Sequence record: MN871449.1
Strand: one strand, 5' to 3'
Length of the DNA: 64,000 nt
Shown one piece after another: positions 28,382-39,203 of the stretch (within the stretch, counting starts at the first letter, position 1; every line of letters starts with the position of its first letter). The notes under the pieces are model-generated. The model was not told the DNA's origin and did no database searches. It was given only the letters and a program-made list of their open reading frames with translations. The translations under genes were made by a program, and so were the position numbers.

Positions 28382-29439
28382 GCGTCAGTAATTACGTTAA
28401 GACCTTAAGTAACTCAGCGCAAACTGCTAAGGCTGCCGCGCAAACCCAAAGCTCATTAGTGGCAACGGGTGTTAAGGATTCGATGGTGGCCGTAGATGGT
28501 TACGGAAAGGAAACGAAAACCGTATTGAGTAACATGAAGAATATGGTTTTAGGGAAACTCGCTGAAACAAAGAATTATCTTTTAAACACCACTATCAGTG
28601 ATTTAGGGTCGTTGAATGACCTGCTCACTCAAGCCAGCGCAGTAAAGAAAGACATCAGCGAATATACCAGTCAGCTGAGTAACGAGATTGGTCAAAGTAT
28701 CAGTACCGTCAAAGGGATCTCTGATGAGGTTATCAATGGTGCTACCAGTACGCTTCAGGAAATTAACAGCACCGTCGATAGTACCTTTAGCGATGTCAAT
28801 GGCGCGGTTACCCAGTTGACCTCTGCCGGAGATATCCTGAACGCGAATAATCTGATCAGTAGTGTTAATACCTTATTGGCCAATGCGGATATGACCTTTC
28901 AGAATTTGGAAGACAAACTGTCGATGACGGCACTGAAATCTTCTATTCTCCAGCAGGCTTCATTTCTCGGACTCTCTAACGTTGTCTCCGCTGTCTACAG
29001 TAGCGATTCCTCTAATCCGACACTGACCGCGGCAATGGGCGACAGTCTACCGACGGTGTTGGCTTCTGGGAACCTGTCAATGGTCAAGGCGATGGTAGAA
29101 AGTTTAGGCGGTGTCTACATCTTACAGAAAGCCCCTGATGCCGTACAACAGATTCTCCAGAACTATCGTTTTGGTAAAGTCATTGACGCGAACCAGTACA
29201 GTACTTACGCGACAGAGTTAGTCTCGGTCTTATCCTCCATTGACCCACGTTGGAATGCTTCGCAGTTCACTCCTACAGGACATCGTCTGAGTGTCTTCCG
29301 GAATATTTCCACCAATGCGAAAACAGTACTGAATACATTACCGGAATACGCTTACCAGATTGCAGTGGTTCAGCACTTTACAGAGAACACTGTGGTTGGA
29401 TTAGCAAAACAACAATACACGTTTATCGCACTTGCATAA
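28372..29439 (+). CDS. Putative virion structural protein (S/T/N-rich helical)
   Basis: 355 aa with AAGGAGG SD. Confidence 0.6.
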   Translation: MALGVSNYVKTLSNSAQTAKAAAQTQSSLVATGVKDSMVAVDGYGKETKTVLSNMKNMVLGKLAETKNYLLNTTISDLGSLNDLLTQASAVKKDISEYTSQLSNEIGQSISTVKGISDEVINGATSTLQEINSTVDSTFSDVNGAVTQLTSAGDILNANNLISSVNTLLANADMTFQNLEDKLSMTALKSSILQQASFLGLSNVVSAVYSSDSSNPTLTAAMGDSLPTVLASGNLSMVKAMVESLGGVYILQKAPDAVQQILQNYRFGKVIDANQYSTYATELVSVLSSIDPRWNASQFTPTGHRLSVFRNISTNAKTVLNTLPEYAYQIAVVQHFTENTVVGLAKQQYTFIALA

Positions 29440-29442
29440 AAC

Positions 29443-29472
29443 AGTAGAGAGGGCTTAATTGCCCTCTCTACT
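29443..29472 (+). terminator. Terminator hairpin
   Basis: AGTAGAGAGGGC-TTAATT-GCCCTCTCTACT. Confidence 0.8.
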
Positions 29473-29530
29473 CTATTTACACAGCACCGTTTATTGATGT
29501 AGAAAATATCTTTTCGATAAGGATGATGAG

Positions 29531-30334
29531 ATGCCTGCTGTTAAAAACCAGCCTGTATATCTTTACAACGGCGTTAAACGCACTGTCCCGGAAATCGTGG
29601 GGATTACGGGTATGAAAAGAATCACGGTTTACCAGAGAATAAAGAGAGCGTTGGTAAAAACTCCCGGTATGAAGGATGTCGGACCCCTCTTCGTAAATTT
29701 AGTGGGGTACAAGAAAAGACTTTATCCTGTATTGAGTGAAGTCCTTACGTTAAGTGAGATCGTTGAACGGTACCGGTTAGATTACAGGAAAACACAATCT
29801 TCTTTATTCCGAGGAGATAGTGTTCTTACCGTATTGGAACGCCGAGCTAAAAAGAGTCGACCAGAAATTATACACCCGAAGACCCGCGCAAAATTGAGAG
29901 CAAGTTTCTCAAGGATAAAGAACCGCAGCGGGAAATCGTTGACTCTTCCAGTTCATTGGACTTCGTACAGAAAGGCGTTTGACGAAATAGGTTATCCTAG
30001 AGAAGAAACTGATTTCTTGTGGATTGAAAAAACAGATGAGCCCCTCAATGCAATGAGTTGTTACTGGGCACCCGCTGAAAGACGCGCTGACTATACGCGG
30101 TACACAACGCAACCAGGGAGAATAGCAACCATCAACGTTGAGTGGGAAGGTCAGCACGTCTCTGTTGCAGAACTCGCCAGAGAAAAGGCAATCCCTTATA
30201 CTACGTTACTTTATCGAGTGAAGAAAGGTTGGCCGAAAGAGGACTGGTTTAATCCAATAGACGAGAGTTGTCAACGACTCGCTCCGCGGGTAGCAAAACG
30301 TACCGTGAGTACGTTAAAATTAGAAACAGTATAA
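29531..30334 (+). CDS. HNH homing-endonuclease-derived basic DNA-binding protein, catalytic core degenerate
   Basis: W.SY...F.EIGYP...LWIEKTD...SCYWA resembles W..F..F..DMG.P...IDRID...NCRWA. It also has three G..xxL.E.A...I...TL..R repeats. Confidence 0.55.
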   Translation: MPAVKNQPVYLYNGVKRTVPEIVGITGMKRITVYQRIKRALVKTPGMKDVGPLFVNLVGYKKRLYPVLSEVLTLSEIVERYRLDYRKTQSSLFRGDSVLTVLERRAKKSRPEIIHPKTRAKLRASFSRIKNRSGKSLTLPVHWTSYRKAFDEIGYPREETDFLWIEKTDEPLNAMSCYWAPAERRADYTRYTTQPGRIATINVEWEGQHVSVAELAREKAIPYTTLLYRVKKGWPKEDWFNPIDESCQRLAPRVAKRTVSTLKLETV

Positions 30335-30364
30335 AAAAGAGAGGGTGAAAACCCTCTCTTTTTT
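30333..30364. terminator. Bidirectional terminator hairpin
   Basis: AAAAAAGAGAGGGT-GAAA-ACCCTCTCTTTTTT. Confidence 0.88.
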
Positions 30365-30375
30365 TTTGTTTACTT

Positions 30376-32520
30376 TTACAAGCCACGGTCAGTTTTACTG
30401 AGCGCAGAAAGTATTTGCCCGCCCATATTACCGCTGAAGATAGTGTTGGCCAGGTTAGAGTACGAGAAGAATCTATCGAAACTGTTCACTACCCTGTTCC
30501 AGTTACGCTTGAAGCGCGGTAACATGTAAATCTGGTCATGGAGACCCAGACTGGATAATACGTTAGTGTACATTTCAAACGACGAATCTTGCGGGAACAG
30601 CAGCCGGTTCCATGTCGTTGGGTCAAAGTTACGTAGACCAAATGCCTCGTTAAGGTTCATGGCCGCCACTGACGAAAGGTCAGTGATCGTTAACCTGACA
30701 TCAATCCCGAGGTATTCCCCGTTTTTCGTCCAAGGCATATTCGAGGTTGCACGAGTAATATCGATGGCCGTGATCATCCCCAAAGGAATCGAACAACGAC
30801 CCTGGCAATAAAACTCACCAATGAAAGGTGCTGTATACGAACCAGTCCCCGTTGCCCTTGGTAACGCCCCCACTAACATTGTGATCAGCGGAAGGATTTC
30901 ACATTGGAAACGGTTGAAGTTATCTCCCGCCCATGCTCGTAACGGAATCGTTAGCGACATCTGGTTAAAACTCGCAGAAGAACTGTCGTAATGTTTAGGA
31001 ATATCGACAAAGGCGTTCCCTGCAATAGCGCCAACACCCGAGATATGAAGAGAATCCATAATCCCGCCCGCTATGTCTTTCACTGTGTTAACGATCTCTT
31101 GCATCCCTGGAATACCAAGGAAATTCCCTTCTGCCATACTGAAACGCATACTGGCCGCTCTGGAAGAAGTGCTGTTGATCGTCGACTGGAGATCGGACTC
31201 GCGTACACTGTTTGAGAAAGATTCACTGGCCGACTCACGTCCATCGATTCGAAGGGTTAGCCATTGAGAACCATCGCGCTGCGCCGCTTTAAAGGTCGCA
31301 TAAGCACGACCAATGACCTCATCAGTGAAATAGTCTTTGACGCTTTCGTACGCTTGTTCAATAACACCTTTCTGCGCTTCATTAGTTCCGTTATCAGCCA
31401 CGGGACTAATCGCATTACCGTTGGCATCGGTCGTTGTCGCCGTGGATTGCTGAGCGGTGTTAACCTCGGCATTGCTGGCTTCATTCCCCGCCGTAGCAGG
31501 TGATTCAGTGAGACGTCCGTCTGGGTCTTTCAGATAAGCGTTAAGGAACTCTTCAGTGGTCGCGTAAGTTTTCTTTTTGGCCTTGTTCAGTGATGCCGTT
31601 GCACCTCCGCCAGTCATCCACGCGTAGATACTTGACATCACGCCATTACCGTTACTCTGGTTTTGTGCGGCAATTTCATTAATTGCCTCATGCCACGCGT
31701 TAGCGTATGCCTGCGCCCGTGTCGCTGTCGCGTAGATATCGATACCAGTTAAACCGTCAGCACGGAAAAGTTCCGGTACCATCTGGTCATAAACCGACTT
31801 CTCTCTGGCGCCAATCTCAAACGCTGTTTTTGTTGCTTGTTCGATAGACTCCACACCAGGGTCACCAGATTCAGACATCGGTGTGGTACCGTTTAAATTC
31901 GCACCTTCTGTAAGTTTAAGCCATGAATCCGTAGTAGGCTTTGCTGCGAGATCAAGGTTGGAGGCAATGTTGTTGGCAAAATCGTTGACATATTTCCAGT
32001 ACAGCCCCATCGTCGGTTTAAGGTAATAGAATTTCGTACTGACCGTTCCGGTAAACCATTTGATGGCGGTGAACGTCATGATAAACGGAACAAGTCGAAC
32101 AGAGAACGCCCAGCCGATCGCCCGGCCAATTAAATTCCCTACACCGGATGCCCGTCCAGTACGAACCAAACGCGCATCGTCGGAGCTGTAGAAGTTACCG
32201 AAGAAACTCGCCAGACTGTTATAGTTCGGTACACCAAATCGCATGTGGAGTAAAACTGAGTTGTCATCAATGTTTTCAGAATACCACGCACCTTGGCCCT
32301 CGCCGATTTCAACATAACGGTCTAAGACAGGGTCTGAAAAGAGACAGGGTTGGGGTGGTGCATTCAATGCCCAGTTTCCGCCCAACGTAGTATCGGTGTA
32401 TTTAAAATAGGCGCTGGAGTGGTTACGGTAATAAATGTCGTCATCATCAACCGCATCGGCAGGAAGTAAGAATGCCTGACGCGTCCAGCTATCGTCAGTT
32501 ACTGTATCTAATGTCGCCAT
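30376..32520 (-). CDS. Conserved virion (tail/baseplate hub-like) protein downstream of the tape measure
   Basis: 714 aa. Position and motifs (YTDTTLGGNWALNAPPQ, LHMRFGVP, GRCSIPLGMI) match phiKZ gp182-like proteins as recalled. Confidence 0.65.
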   Translation of the reverse strand: MATLDTVTDDSWTRQAFLLPADAVDDDDIYYRNHSSAYFKYTDTTLGGNWALNAPPQPCLFSDPVLDRYVEIGEGQGAWYSENIDDNSVLLHMRFGVPNYNSLASFFGNFYSSDDARLVRTGRASGVGNLIGRAIGWAFSVRLVPFIMTFTAIKWFTGTVSTKFYYLKPTMGLYWKYVNDFANNIASNLDLAAKPTTDSWLKLTEGANLNGTTPMSESGDPGVESIEQATKTAFEIGAREKSVYDQMVPELFRADGLTGIDIYATATRAQAYANAWHEAINEIAAQNQSNGNGVMSSIYAWMTGGGATASLNKAKKKTYATTEEFLNAYLKDPDGRLTESPATAGNEASNAEVNTAQQSTATTTDANGNAISPVADNGTNEAQKGVIEQAYESVKDYFTDEVIGRAYATFKAAQRDGSQWLTLRIDGRESASESFSNSVRESDLQSTINSTSSRAASMRFSMAEGNFLGIPGMQEIVNTVKDIAGGIMDSLHISGVGAIAGNAFVDIPKHYDSSSASFNQMSLTIPLRAWAGDNFNRFQCEILPLITMLVGALPRATGTGSYTAPFIGEFYCQGRCSIPLGMITAIDITRATSNMPWTKNGEYLGIDVRLTITDLSSVAAMNLNEAFGLRNFDPTTWNRLLFPQDSSFEMYTNVLSSLGLHDQIYMLPRFKRNWNRVVNSFDRFFSYSNLANTIFSGNMGGQILSALSKTDRGL

Positions 32521-32540
32521 TTCTGTTCCTTTAAAAATAA

Positions 32541-32558
32541 GGGGAGATTTCTCTCCCC
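32541..32558. terminator. Short hairpin after the tape-measure gene
   Basis: GGGGAGA-TTTC-TCTCCCC. Confidence 0.5.
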
Positions 32559-32565
32559 AATTTAG

Positions 32566-35500
32566 TTAACGAAAGTTCTGCGAGATACTCGTATCGAACG
32601 GTTCAAAAGGTTGTTTCCCTCGACTCCCCGTACTGATATCTTTCCCTCTTAATTCGCTGCTGTTAGGATTGGTCTTAGGGGAAGAATTATTTTCCCCACC
32701 GGTTACCGGCACCCCTTTCTCCAGAAGACCTTTGATCAACTTCAACGTACTGTCCATAGATTTCTGCGTCTCAAGCTGTTCATTCAACGTGTCGGCCCAT
32801 GTACTTGTCGTACTCGCCGTTTCAGCTGATTGTTTTCTGGATGCTGCCACAGCAATGCGATTAGCTTCCGCAGTGTTCTCGCGCTGTACTGCCTGCTGAG
32901 CCAATGCTTTAGCGTCACGGCTATCCGTGGTTCGGGTCGTTGCCGGTGTGACCGTATCGGTCCCCCTTGTCGTGACAGACGTACTTGTCGTACTACCGAC
33001 AGGCATCTCACCTTTCGCCGGATTGCTGACGATAGTGTTTGATCCCGTCGATGGTGCAACAGGCGGAGTTGTCTCTGTCTCTTTCGGGGCACTGGTACTG
33101 ACCGCATCACTTCCCCCACCCGGAACGGCTGGTCCAGCCTTCCCTGTCATCCCGTTCGCCAGCTGCGCGTATTGCCCACCGTTTCTGGAGAGATAACCAC
33201 CAAGACTCGCTACAAGGTCGCCCGTCGTCCTGACGTTCTTAAAGATCTCAGGGTTCGCTCTCGCGACTGCAGCATACCTATCACCCATCGCCGATTGAAT
33301 CGGTGTGTTGGTCGGTACACGCAGTACGTTCCTTGCACCCCCTGGCCCTAAGAAGTGCGCCATATAGATATCAGTGGTCGTCAATGGTCTACCAATGTCA
33401 CCGATGATCTTCGCGTTCTGTTTCATGTATTCCGCCGTGGCCAATAACGACGCACGTGGGTCATACTGAGACGTATTCGGGTTCACACCATATTTCTTAA
33501 CAAGAGTAGGGAGAATCTCTTTCCAGGTTCCATCAAGGAACTGACCGAGTCCTGCTGCCGAAGAGTTACCGTTCTTCGCCCGAATCTCAAAGCGAGATTC
33601 CTGCGCCACCATTGCCGCCAATGAACCGGCATCAACGCCGACCATCTTAGCCACTGCTGCAATCGAATCTTTCACGTTATCCCAACCGTCTCCTTTCGGA
33701 TCAGGGATATCATTAATCGACCCGCCGGTACCTTCACCGGAATGCAGTAAGTTGGTATCCGTGAAACTGCTACCCGCTTCCGAACGTTCAAAGGAGGTTC
33801 CCATTGAACCCACACGTTGACCGTAAACACCGACACCGTTAGCGCCAGTAGCGCGTCCTCGCGTATCGGCGGTTAACGCACGGTTATCGCTATAAAGGTC
33901 AGCAATCTTGTTACCCAGTGACGAGTTACGAAGCGCTTTACCATCAAAGGTCATCTTGGCGATTTCCGCTTCTGTCTTCACTTTCTCTTGGTAAACTTCC
34001 TTTTTCCCTTCGAGACGTAATGCATCCAGGTTAGACTGAATAACACTACTGTCCGTGTTTGAGAAGCGGTTAGGCCACGGTGACGCTTTAATGGTCCAGA
34101 CTGAGACTTTCCCGCCATTGACCTCGGTCGTCGCGCTGTTCATGAAGTTTGCAATCTTCAGGAGATCGCTCGCGTTCAGTTTCTTCCATGCGACCATCGG
34201 CGAACTATTAGGCGCGATGAAATTGCTTTCAGAACAGAAGTTCAAGAAGACAGGTAGGAAACGTTTCGTGAACCAGAATAGCCACTGTGCCTTTTCATTG
34301 GCGTTATTACTGTTAATACCGAATTGACCGTTCCAGTTAGCGAAGAACTGTTCGCTGTTCCCTGTCCAGAGGGCTACTCCTTTATCACCGTATCGAATGA
34401 ATTTCAACGCCTCAGTCTCTAATGCGAGTAAGGCGTTAACGTCCCCTTTCAACAGCTCGCGTAAACCGTAAAGTTTAACACGTATCGAGGTCAGGTCATC
34501 AATGCGGTTCCCCATCTCGATCAATTCATCCTTGCGCTTATCGCCGGTCAGGGAAGTTAGCCCTTTCCGGGTATCGCCCGGTGAATAGTAGAGATCGGTT
34601 GTTGGATTTACTGTCCGGTTAGCATTATTGGCTTGTGCTTCCTGTGCCTTTTTGTTCAGTAATTCGATTCCCTTCGGTTGCTTCACGTCTGAAGCAGTGA
34701 CCAGTTTCTTCTCGCCCGAGGCGATCGCCTTTTTCTCTGCTTCCGCAAACTCAGCAATGACCTGGTCACGGAAACCGGCAACAAACCGATCACCTGTTAC
34801 TGAAGACATATTAGGGAATGGCGAGTCAGAGACCAGATAAGGAGATTCTTTTCCGCCGGATGCAATGAAAGTGGCTTTAGCGAAGTCCCCTCGTTGACTC
34901 GGTTTCAGGAATTCACTCTCGGTGATTTTAGCTTTAGGGTCCATCCGATAAAGTGTTTCAACGTTACGGGTAAAGACTGGAACGAAACGCATCTGATACC
35001 ATCGTGTCCAACGCTGTACACTACGCTGGTCAGTGATCTCAACATCAAAGGCACTCAGTAACTCTTGGAAAGGTAACGAACCAATCTTGAGTTTCCCTTG
35101 CCCTGAGATCTGACTGTTTTTCAGAACCGCTTCTTCTAATGCAAGTACTTTACCCGCCCGGTCACTGTCTTTCGGGTTGACGCCGTACTGTGCTGCACGG
35201 TAGTTTCTCAGCGATGTCATTCTGTTCTTGTAGGCTTGGTATCCTTTATAAATCAGATAACCTACACCCGCAGCTACCGCCGCTGTGACCAGAACAGGCG
35301 CAGAGAGCAATGACCCTGCCGCTACCGCGGCGCCCCTTGCTAACATTCCGACTCCGCTAAATAACCCTCTTCCTAAGAAGCCCGCAACCCCTAGCGCCCC
35401 TTTCCCGACTTTCTTCAGTACGTTACCGGTTCTACGTAGCAGACCGCCTCTCCTACCTCCTGAGCCTGCTACATCCCCTGCCAAATCCCCAGCAGCATCT

Positions 35501-38500
35501 AACGCTTTCGCACCGCTTATCCAGCGAGGAAGTTCTTTGATCCATTTCCAGAAATTCCCGAATCCGGTTGCAATTTTCCCGACAATGGCACCAACTCCCG
35601 TGATAGCGGCCCAGATCAGTTTACCCCAACCACCCCCTTCCTTCGCCGCTTTCTCAGCGTGTTCAGGTTTGGTCTCTTCCGGTTTCTTTTTCTGAAGACG
35701 CTGCCACCAACTTCCGGTACGATTCTTGAGTTTCTCGAACCCGCCCGTTAAGCGATTCTTGATACCCGAAACACTACCTGTTTCGGTATCGAGGCCGTCA
35801 AGTGGATCTTTCCCGGTGAACTGATTAACTAAGAGTCGATAGATACGTTTTAGCCACGGTGTCGACCCGCCAGAGAATCCTATCCCTGTATTCAAGCCCC
35901 TATTTAAAACACCGCCTACTGCACTCAAACCGTTAGAAGCTAAATTAATCGCACCGTTTTTCAGTCCATTTAAAATCTTAAACGGGGTTGTAAGTAAACC
36001 GCCCACCCCGCGGAGACCGTTGCCGATCATCCCCGTAAGTTTAGCCAGTCCAGTACGAACGCTACGGCCATTCTTATCAACCAATCCTTTAGCAGCATCC
36101 TCAGCAGAAAGTACAGGTGTCATGGTTCTGGTGCGAGGGTCAATCACCCCGACGTCACCGTCAATATCGGAAAGTTTCTTGATGACTTTCCCAGTACGCA
36201 TCGAGAAATATTCCCCATTCGCCAACTTACTGGCGTAGAGACGCGGTTTCATTTCTCCGAGCACGTAAATATCTGGTAAGCGACCGAATAAGGAAAAGAG
36301 ACCTTTCCCTAATCCGCCTGCAGCACCTTTGAGTAAATGATAAGGGGTAAACCTTCCGTTTAATAGACTCCCCACCGCACCGAGTACTTTGTTAAAGGAT
36401 GTCTTAATGCGGTTTCCTGCGGCGTTAAACAAACCCCGTCTCGCTTCGTCGTCGGTCAGGACCTGAGTGTTATTTACCACGTCCCAGACTGCGCCCCGTA
36501 CGTCAGAAAGTTTCTTGATAACCTTCCCGGTGGCTTGGTCAACGTAACGACCCGCTGCCAGTCCTTCTTTTTCAATGACTTTCTTTAAACCCTGTGCCGT
36601 CGCGATATAGCCGTCTTGAACTTTCTCAAACGCCTGCATCCCGAAACCTAAGACTTTATTCAGGCCAAAGGTACCGATCGTCATCGCTGCATTGAAAGCC
36701 GGGCGACGTACTCGCTTAAAGATCTCTCCTGCTGCTTTAAGCGGTAAACCGCCAAGATCCCACATCCCTTTCACACCACGACGAATACCGCCGATACCCG
36801 CACGGAGCCCGCGTTTAGCCCAGTTCCGTGAGAAACGACGACGCCCGCCTTGATCGCCAGTATCACCGCCTTGGCCACCTTGACCACCGCCACCTCCTCC
36901 GTTGAGACAGCACCCTTCCAGCGCGGTAAGCTGTGCCTCTATTCTGGCCATTTGCTCATCCCAGAACAACTGAGAGTGTTTCATGGACTCAAGGATTCTA
37001 TCGGTTTGTTCCGCTAACGCCGTCCCGAAAGAATTTTGTTGGTTCCCGTTAAGATTAAAGTTAACCGAATTCGGGTTGGTCCAATCTTGTCCGAAGCGAC
37101 GGAGTTCAGTGATAGGCGGGGTACCCGGCGGTGGGTTACGAGGACGATGTGGACCCATGTCGTTAGGGTTAGTCGAGTCGTTGTTACCCGGTGAAGGTTT
37201 ACCAGATACGCGTGAACCGTAATAGTCTGGGTTAACTTCCCAATTACCGTTCTTAAAGACCACTGCGCCTTCTGAGATCAGTTCTTCAAGGTTACCGGTT
37301 TGCGCTAACGCATGGGCACGATTAAAGATACCCTGCGTTTGGTTAGAGGCGTAGTTATACTGACCGGCATCGATATTAAGGTTAACGTTTGAAGAAGAGA
37401 ACGGGTTAAGCGACCATTCACTTTTCTCGTTCAGTTTCAGTCCATAACGTTTCGCCATCAGTCCTTGCCAAAGGCGTTGGTCGTCACGGGATAACCCTGA
37501 GATTTTCTCATTAGCTAGGGCTGCCGGGTTAAAGGCTTTCGAGGTTCTTGCCCTTGTCATCAGGTGATCAGAAATTTTACCTTTAGCGTCGGGAGATAAC
37601 CGGTTGTTGTTATCGATGTTCTCGATAAGACGATTAATATTCTCACGCTGTGAATTGATATCGGTGTCTTTAATCAACGCCTGACGCGTCGACGCCACCG
37701 ATTCATTAAAGGAGGTAAAAATGCCCTTCTGACGGTTGAAAACCGTGCGCTGCGTGTTATTATCGCCCGTCCTGAGGACGTCGATACTATGTAAGATTCG
37801 GGACAGGTACCCGGACATCTCTTCCATATAGCTGAGTTTACGCTCGTCTACAGTCGAGATTTTTTCTCCGTTCCCCAATCCTCCGGCGCGAACTACGCCT
37901 TCGTCACGGTAACCGCCACGTAAGGTGTCTTTAACAAAGTTCTCGATGGGATTATACCATTTCCCGTAACGGTAACCGGAATTTCCCCAATCTGACGCTA
38001 AACGTTCTTTGTTGTTAAAGAGGTAGTTGACGCCCTGGAATGTACCGTCCAATCGACGTAGCGAAGGCGCACTTTTATTAATGCGTTTTCCGATACGTTT
38101 ACCGATTTGTAACGCACCCCAGTTCCCTGCTGCCCCTGCTAAAAACTCCTCCGGGGTGACACCCATTGACGCCAGTAATTCCCGTTGCGCCTCGAGCTGT
38201 TCGAGAGAATCGTTGGCCATTGAAAAACCCATAGTGAGTTTTTGCATTCTGTCGTTAATGGCTTGTTTCGCACGGTCTTTGAACTGGTTACGATAATTAC
38301 TCGTCCAGTCGTACATTGACTGTTGGATGCGACCAAAGATTTTCTCACGGCCCATCCGAAGGAATTCTTCCGAACGGTGCTGTTTTACTACGTCAGGTAA
38401 CGCGGTGTTTTCGACAACGCTTCTGAGCAGGTTGGAGGTTTCAACCGCAGACTTCTGTGCCACGTCTAAATGGGCACGCGAAACCATCAGCTGTCGAATT

Positions 38501-39159
38501 TGAAGCTCCATACTTTTCTTTTGAAATGCACGCTGTGCACCAAACTGATAAGCGGTCTGCTTCGCCAGGAGATTCTGGATACTCGCAATGGCCGTACCCA
38601 GTTTTATTTTATACTGCTGATCGGTCAGTTTCTCAGTCAGTTCCTCAGGGCTCATCTGCTTCGGTTTGTCATCGTCTTGATTGAAGACTTGAGCTAACGA
38701 CTGGAGTACCGCTGCGTCTTCAATATTGAGCGCTGCCAGTTGAGAACCTGATTTATCTGTCCCGTTGTTTCTCGTCAGAAACGCATCGATCTTTTTCTGA
38801 TACGGTGTAGGAACAAGACGGTTGACGGTACGACCCAACGCTTTCATTTCTCGCAGCATCGGGGCGGCATCTTTACGGACGTCAGCGTAAAGCGATCGAA
38901 CGTCGATTAAACCTTTATCAACGTTATCTAAGGTTGTAGTGAAAGAACGCGGCATGGCCTCTTTCAGGATGGTTTTCGCCATCTGACTGGTAAAGGTCGT
39001 TTTCCCCATCTCACGGAGAACGGTCTTTCCTGCCTTTTTTACAGCCTCGCGTTTACCGCTTCCGTCTTTCGCACTTTGAGGTTCTTTGTCCATGCCCCAA
39101 TTATCTTCGAGATCAAAATCGTCAAAACGATCCAGATCTATTTTTTCTCTTTTGGCCAT
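32566..39159 (-). CDS. Tail tape-measure protein with a C-terminal lytic transglycosylase (phiKZ gp181-like)
   Basis: 2197 aa, helical and repetitive. SLT motifs AAMVAQESRF, SSAAGLGQFLDGTW and IYMAHFLGPGGA. Confidence 0.9.
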   Translation of the reverse strand: MAKREKIDLDRFDDFDLEDNWGMDKEPQSAKDGSGKREAVKKAGKTVLREMGKTTFTSQMAKTILKEAMPRSFTTTLDNVDKGLIDVRSLYADVRKDAAPMLREMKALGRTVNRLVPTPYQKKIDAFLTRNNGTDKSGSQLAALNIEDAAVLQSLAQVFNQDDDKPKQMSPEELTEKLTDQQYKIKLGTAIASIQNLLAKQTAYQFGAQRAFQKKSMELQIRQLMVSRAHLDVAQKSAVETSNLLRSVVENTALPDVVKQHRSEEFLRMGREKIFGRIQQSMYDWTSNYRNQFKDRAKQAINDRMQKLTMGFSMANDSLEQLEAQRELLASMGVTPEEFLAGAAGNWGALQIGKRIGKRINKSAPSLRRLDGTFQGVNYLFNNKERLASDWGNSGYRYGKWYNPIENFVKDTLRGGYRDEGVVRAGGLGNGEKISTVDERKLSYMEEMSGYLSRILHSIDVLRTGDNNTQRTVFNRQKGIFTSFNESVASTRQALIKDTDINSQRENINRLIENIDNNNRLSPDAKGKISDHLMTRARTSKAFNPAALANEKISGLSRDDQRLWQGLMAKRYGLKLNEKSEWSLNPFSSSNVNLNIDAGQYNYASNQTQGIFNRAHALAQTGNLEELISEGAVVFKNGNWEVNPDYYGSRVSGKPSPGNNDSTNPNDMGPHRPRNPPPGTPPITELRRFGQDWTNPNSVNFNLNGNQQNSFGTALAEQTDRILESMKHSQLFWDEQMARIEAQLTALEGCCLNGGGGGGQGGQGGDTGDQGGRRRFSRNWAKRGLRAGIGGIRRGVKGMWDLGGLPLKAAGEIFKRVRRPAFNAAMTIGTFGLNKVLGFGMQAFEKVQDGYIATAQGLKKVIEKEGLAAGRYVDQATGKVIKKLSDVRGAVWDVVNNTQVLTDDEARRGLFNAAGNRIKTSFNKVLGAVGSLLNGRFTPYHLLKGAAGGLGKGLFSLFGRLPDIYVLGEMKPRLYASKLANGEYFSMRTGKVIKKLSDIDGDVGVIDPRTRTMTPVLSAEDAAKGLVDKNGRSVRTGLAKLTGMIGNGLRGVGGLLTTPFKILNGLKNGAINLASNGLSAVGGVLNRGLNTGIGFSGGSTPWLKRIYRLLVNQFTGKDPLDGLDTETGSVSGIKNRLTGGFEKLKNRTGSWWQRLQKKKPEETKPEHAEKAAKEGGGWGKLIWAAITGVGAIVGKIATGFGNFWKWIKELPRWISGAKALDAAGDLAGDVAGSGGRRGGLLRRTGNVLKKVGKGALGVAGFLGRGLFSGVGMLARGAAVAAGSLLSAPVLVTAAVAAGVGYLIYKGYQAYKNRMTSLRNYRAAQYGVNPKDSDRAGKVLALEEAVLKNSQISGQGKLKIGSLPFQELLSAFDVEITDQRSVQRWTRWYQMRFVPVFTRNVETLYRMDPKAKITESEFLKPSQRGDFAKATFIASGGKESPYLVSDSPFPNMSSVTGDRFVAGFRDQVIAEFAEAEKKAIASGEKKLVTASDVKQPKGIELLNKKAQEAQANNANRTVNPTTDLYYSPGDTRKGLTSLTGDKRKDELIEMGNRIDDLTSIRVKLYGLRELLKGDVNALLALETEALKFIRYGDKGVALWTGNSEQFFANWNGQFGINSNNANEKAQWLFWFTKRFLPVFLNFCSESNFIAPNSSPMVAWKKLNASDLLKIANFMNSATTEVNGGKVSVWTIKASPWPNRFSNTDSSVIQSNLDALRLEGKKEVYQEKVKTEAEIAKMTFDGKALRNSSLGNKIADLYSDNRALTADTRGRATGANGVGVYGQRVGSMGTSFERSEAGSSFTDTNLLHSGEGTGGSINDIPDPKGDGWDNVKDSIAAVAKMVGVDAGSLAAMVAQESRFEIRAKNGNSSAAGLGQFLDGTWKEILPTLVKKYGVNPNTSQYDPRASLLATAEYMKQNAKIIGDIGRPLTTTDIYMAHFLGPGGARNVLRVPTNTPIQSAMGDRYAAVARANPEIFKNVRTTGDLVASLGGYLSRNGGQYAQLANGMTGKAGPAVPGGGSDAVSTSAPKETETTPPVAPSTGSNTIVSNPAKGEMPVGSTTSTSVTTRGTDTVTPATTRTTDSRDAKALAQQAVQRENTAEANRIAVAASRKQSAETASTTSTWADTLNEQLETQKSMDSTLKLIKGLLEKGVPVTGGENNSSPKTNPNSSELRGKDISTGSRGKQPFEPFDTSISQNFR

Positions 39160-39203
39160 TTTGTTCCCTTAAAAGGTTAATCGTCTGTTAACAGGATTAG
39201 ACA

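Noticed and set aside
32566-34000. The SLT domain as the phage endolysin
   Set aside because: It is the C-terminal part of the 2197-aa tape-measure protein, so it is a virion-associated lysin. No stand-alone endolysin was found in the window.
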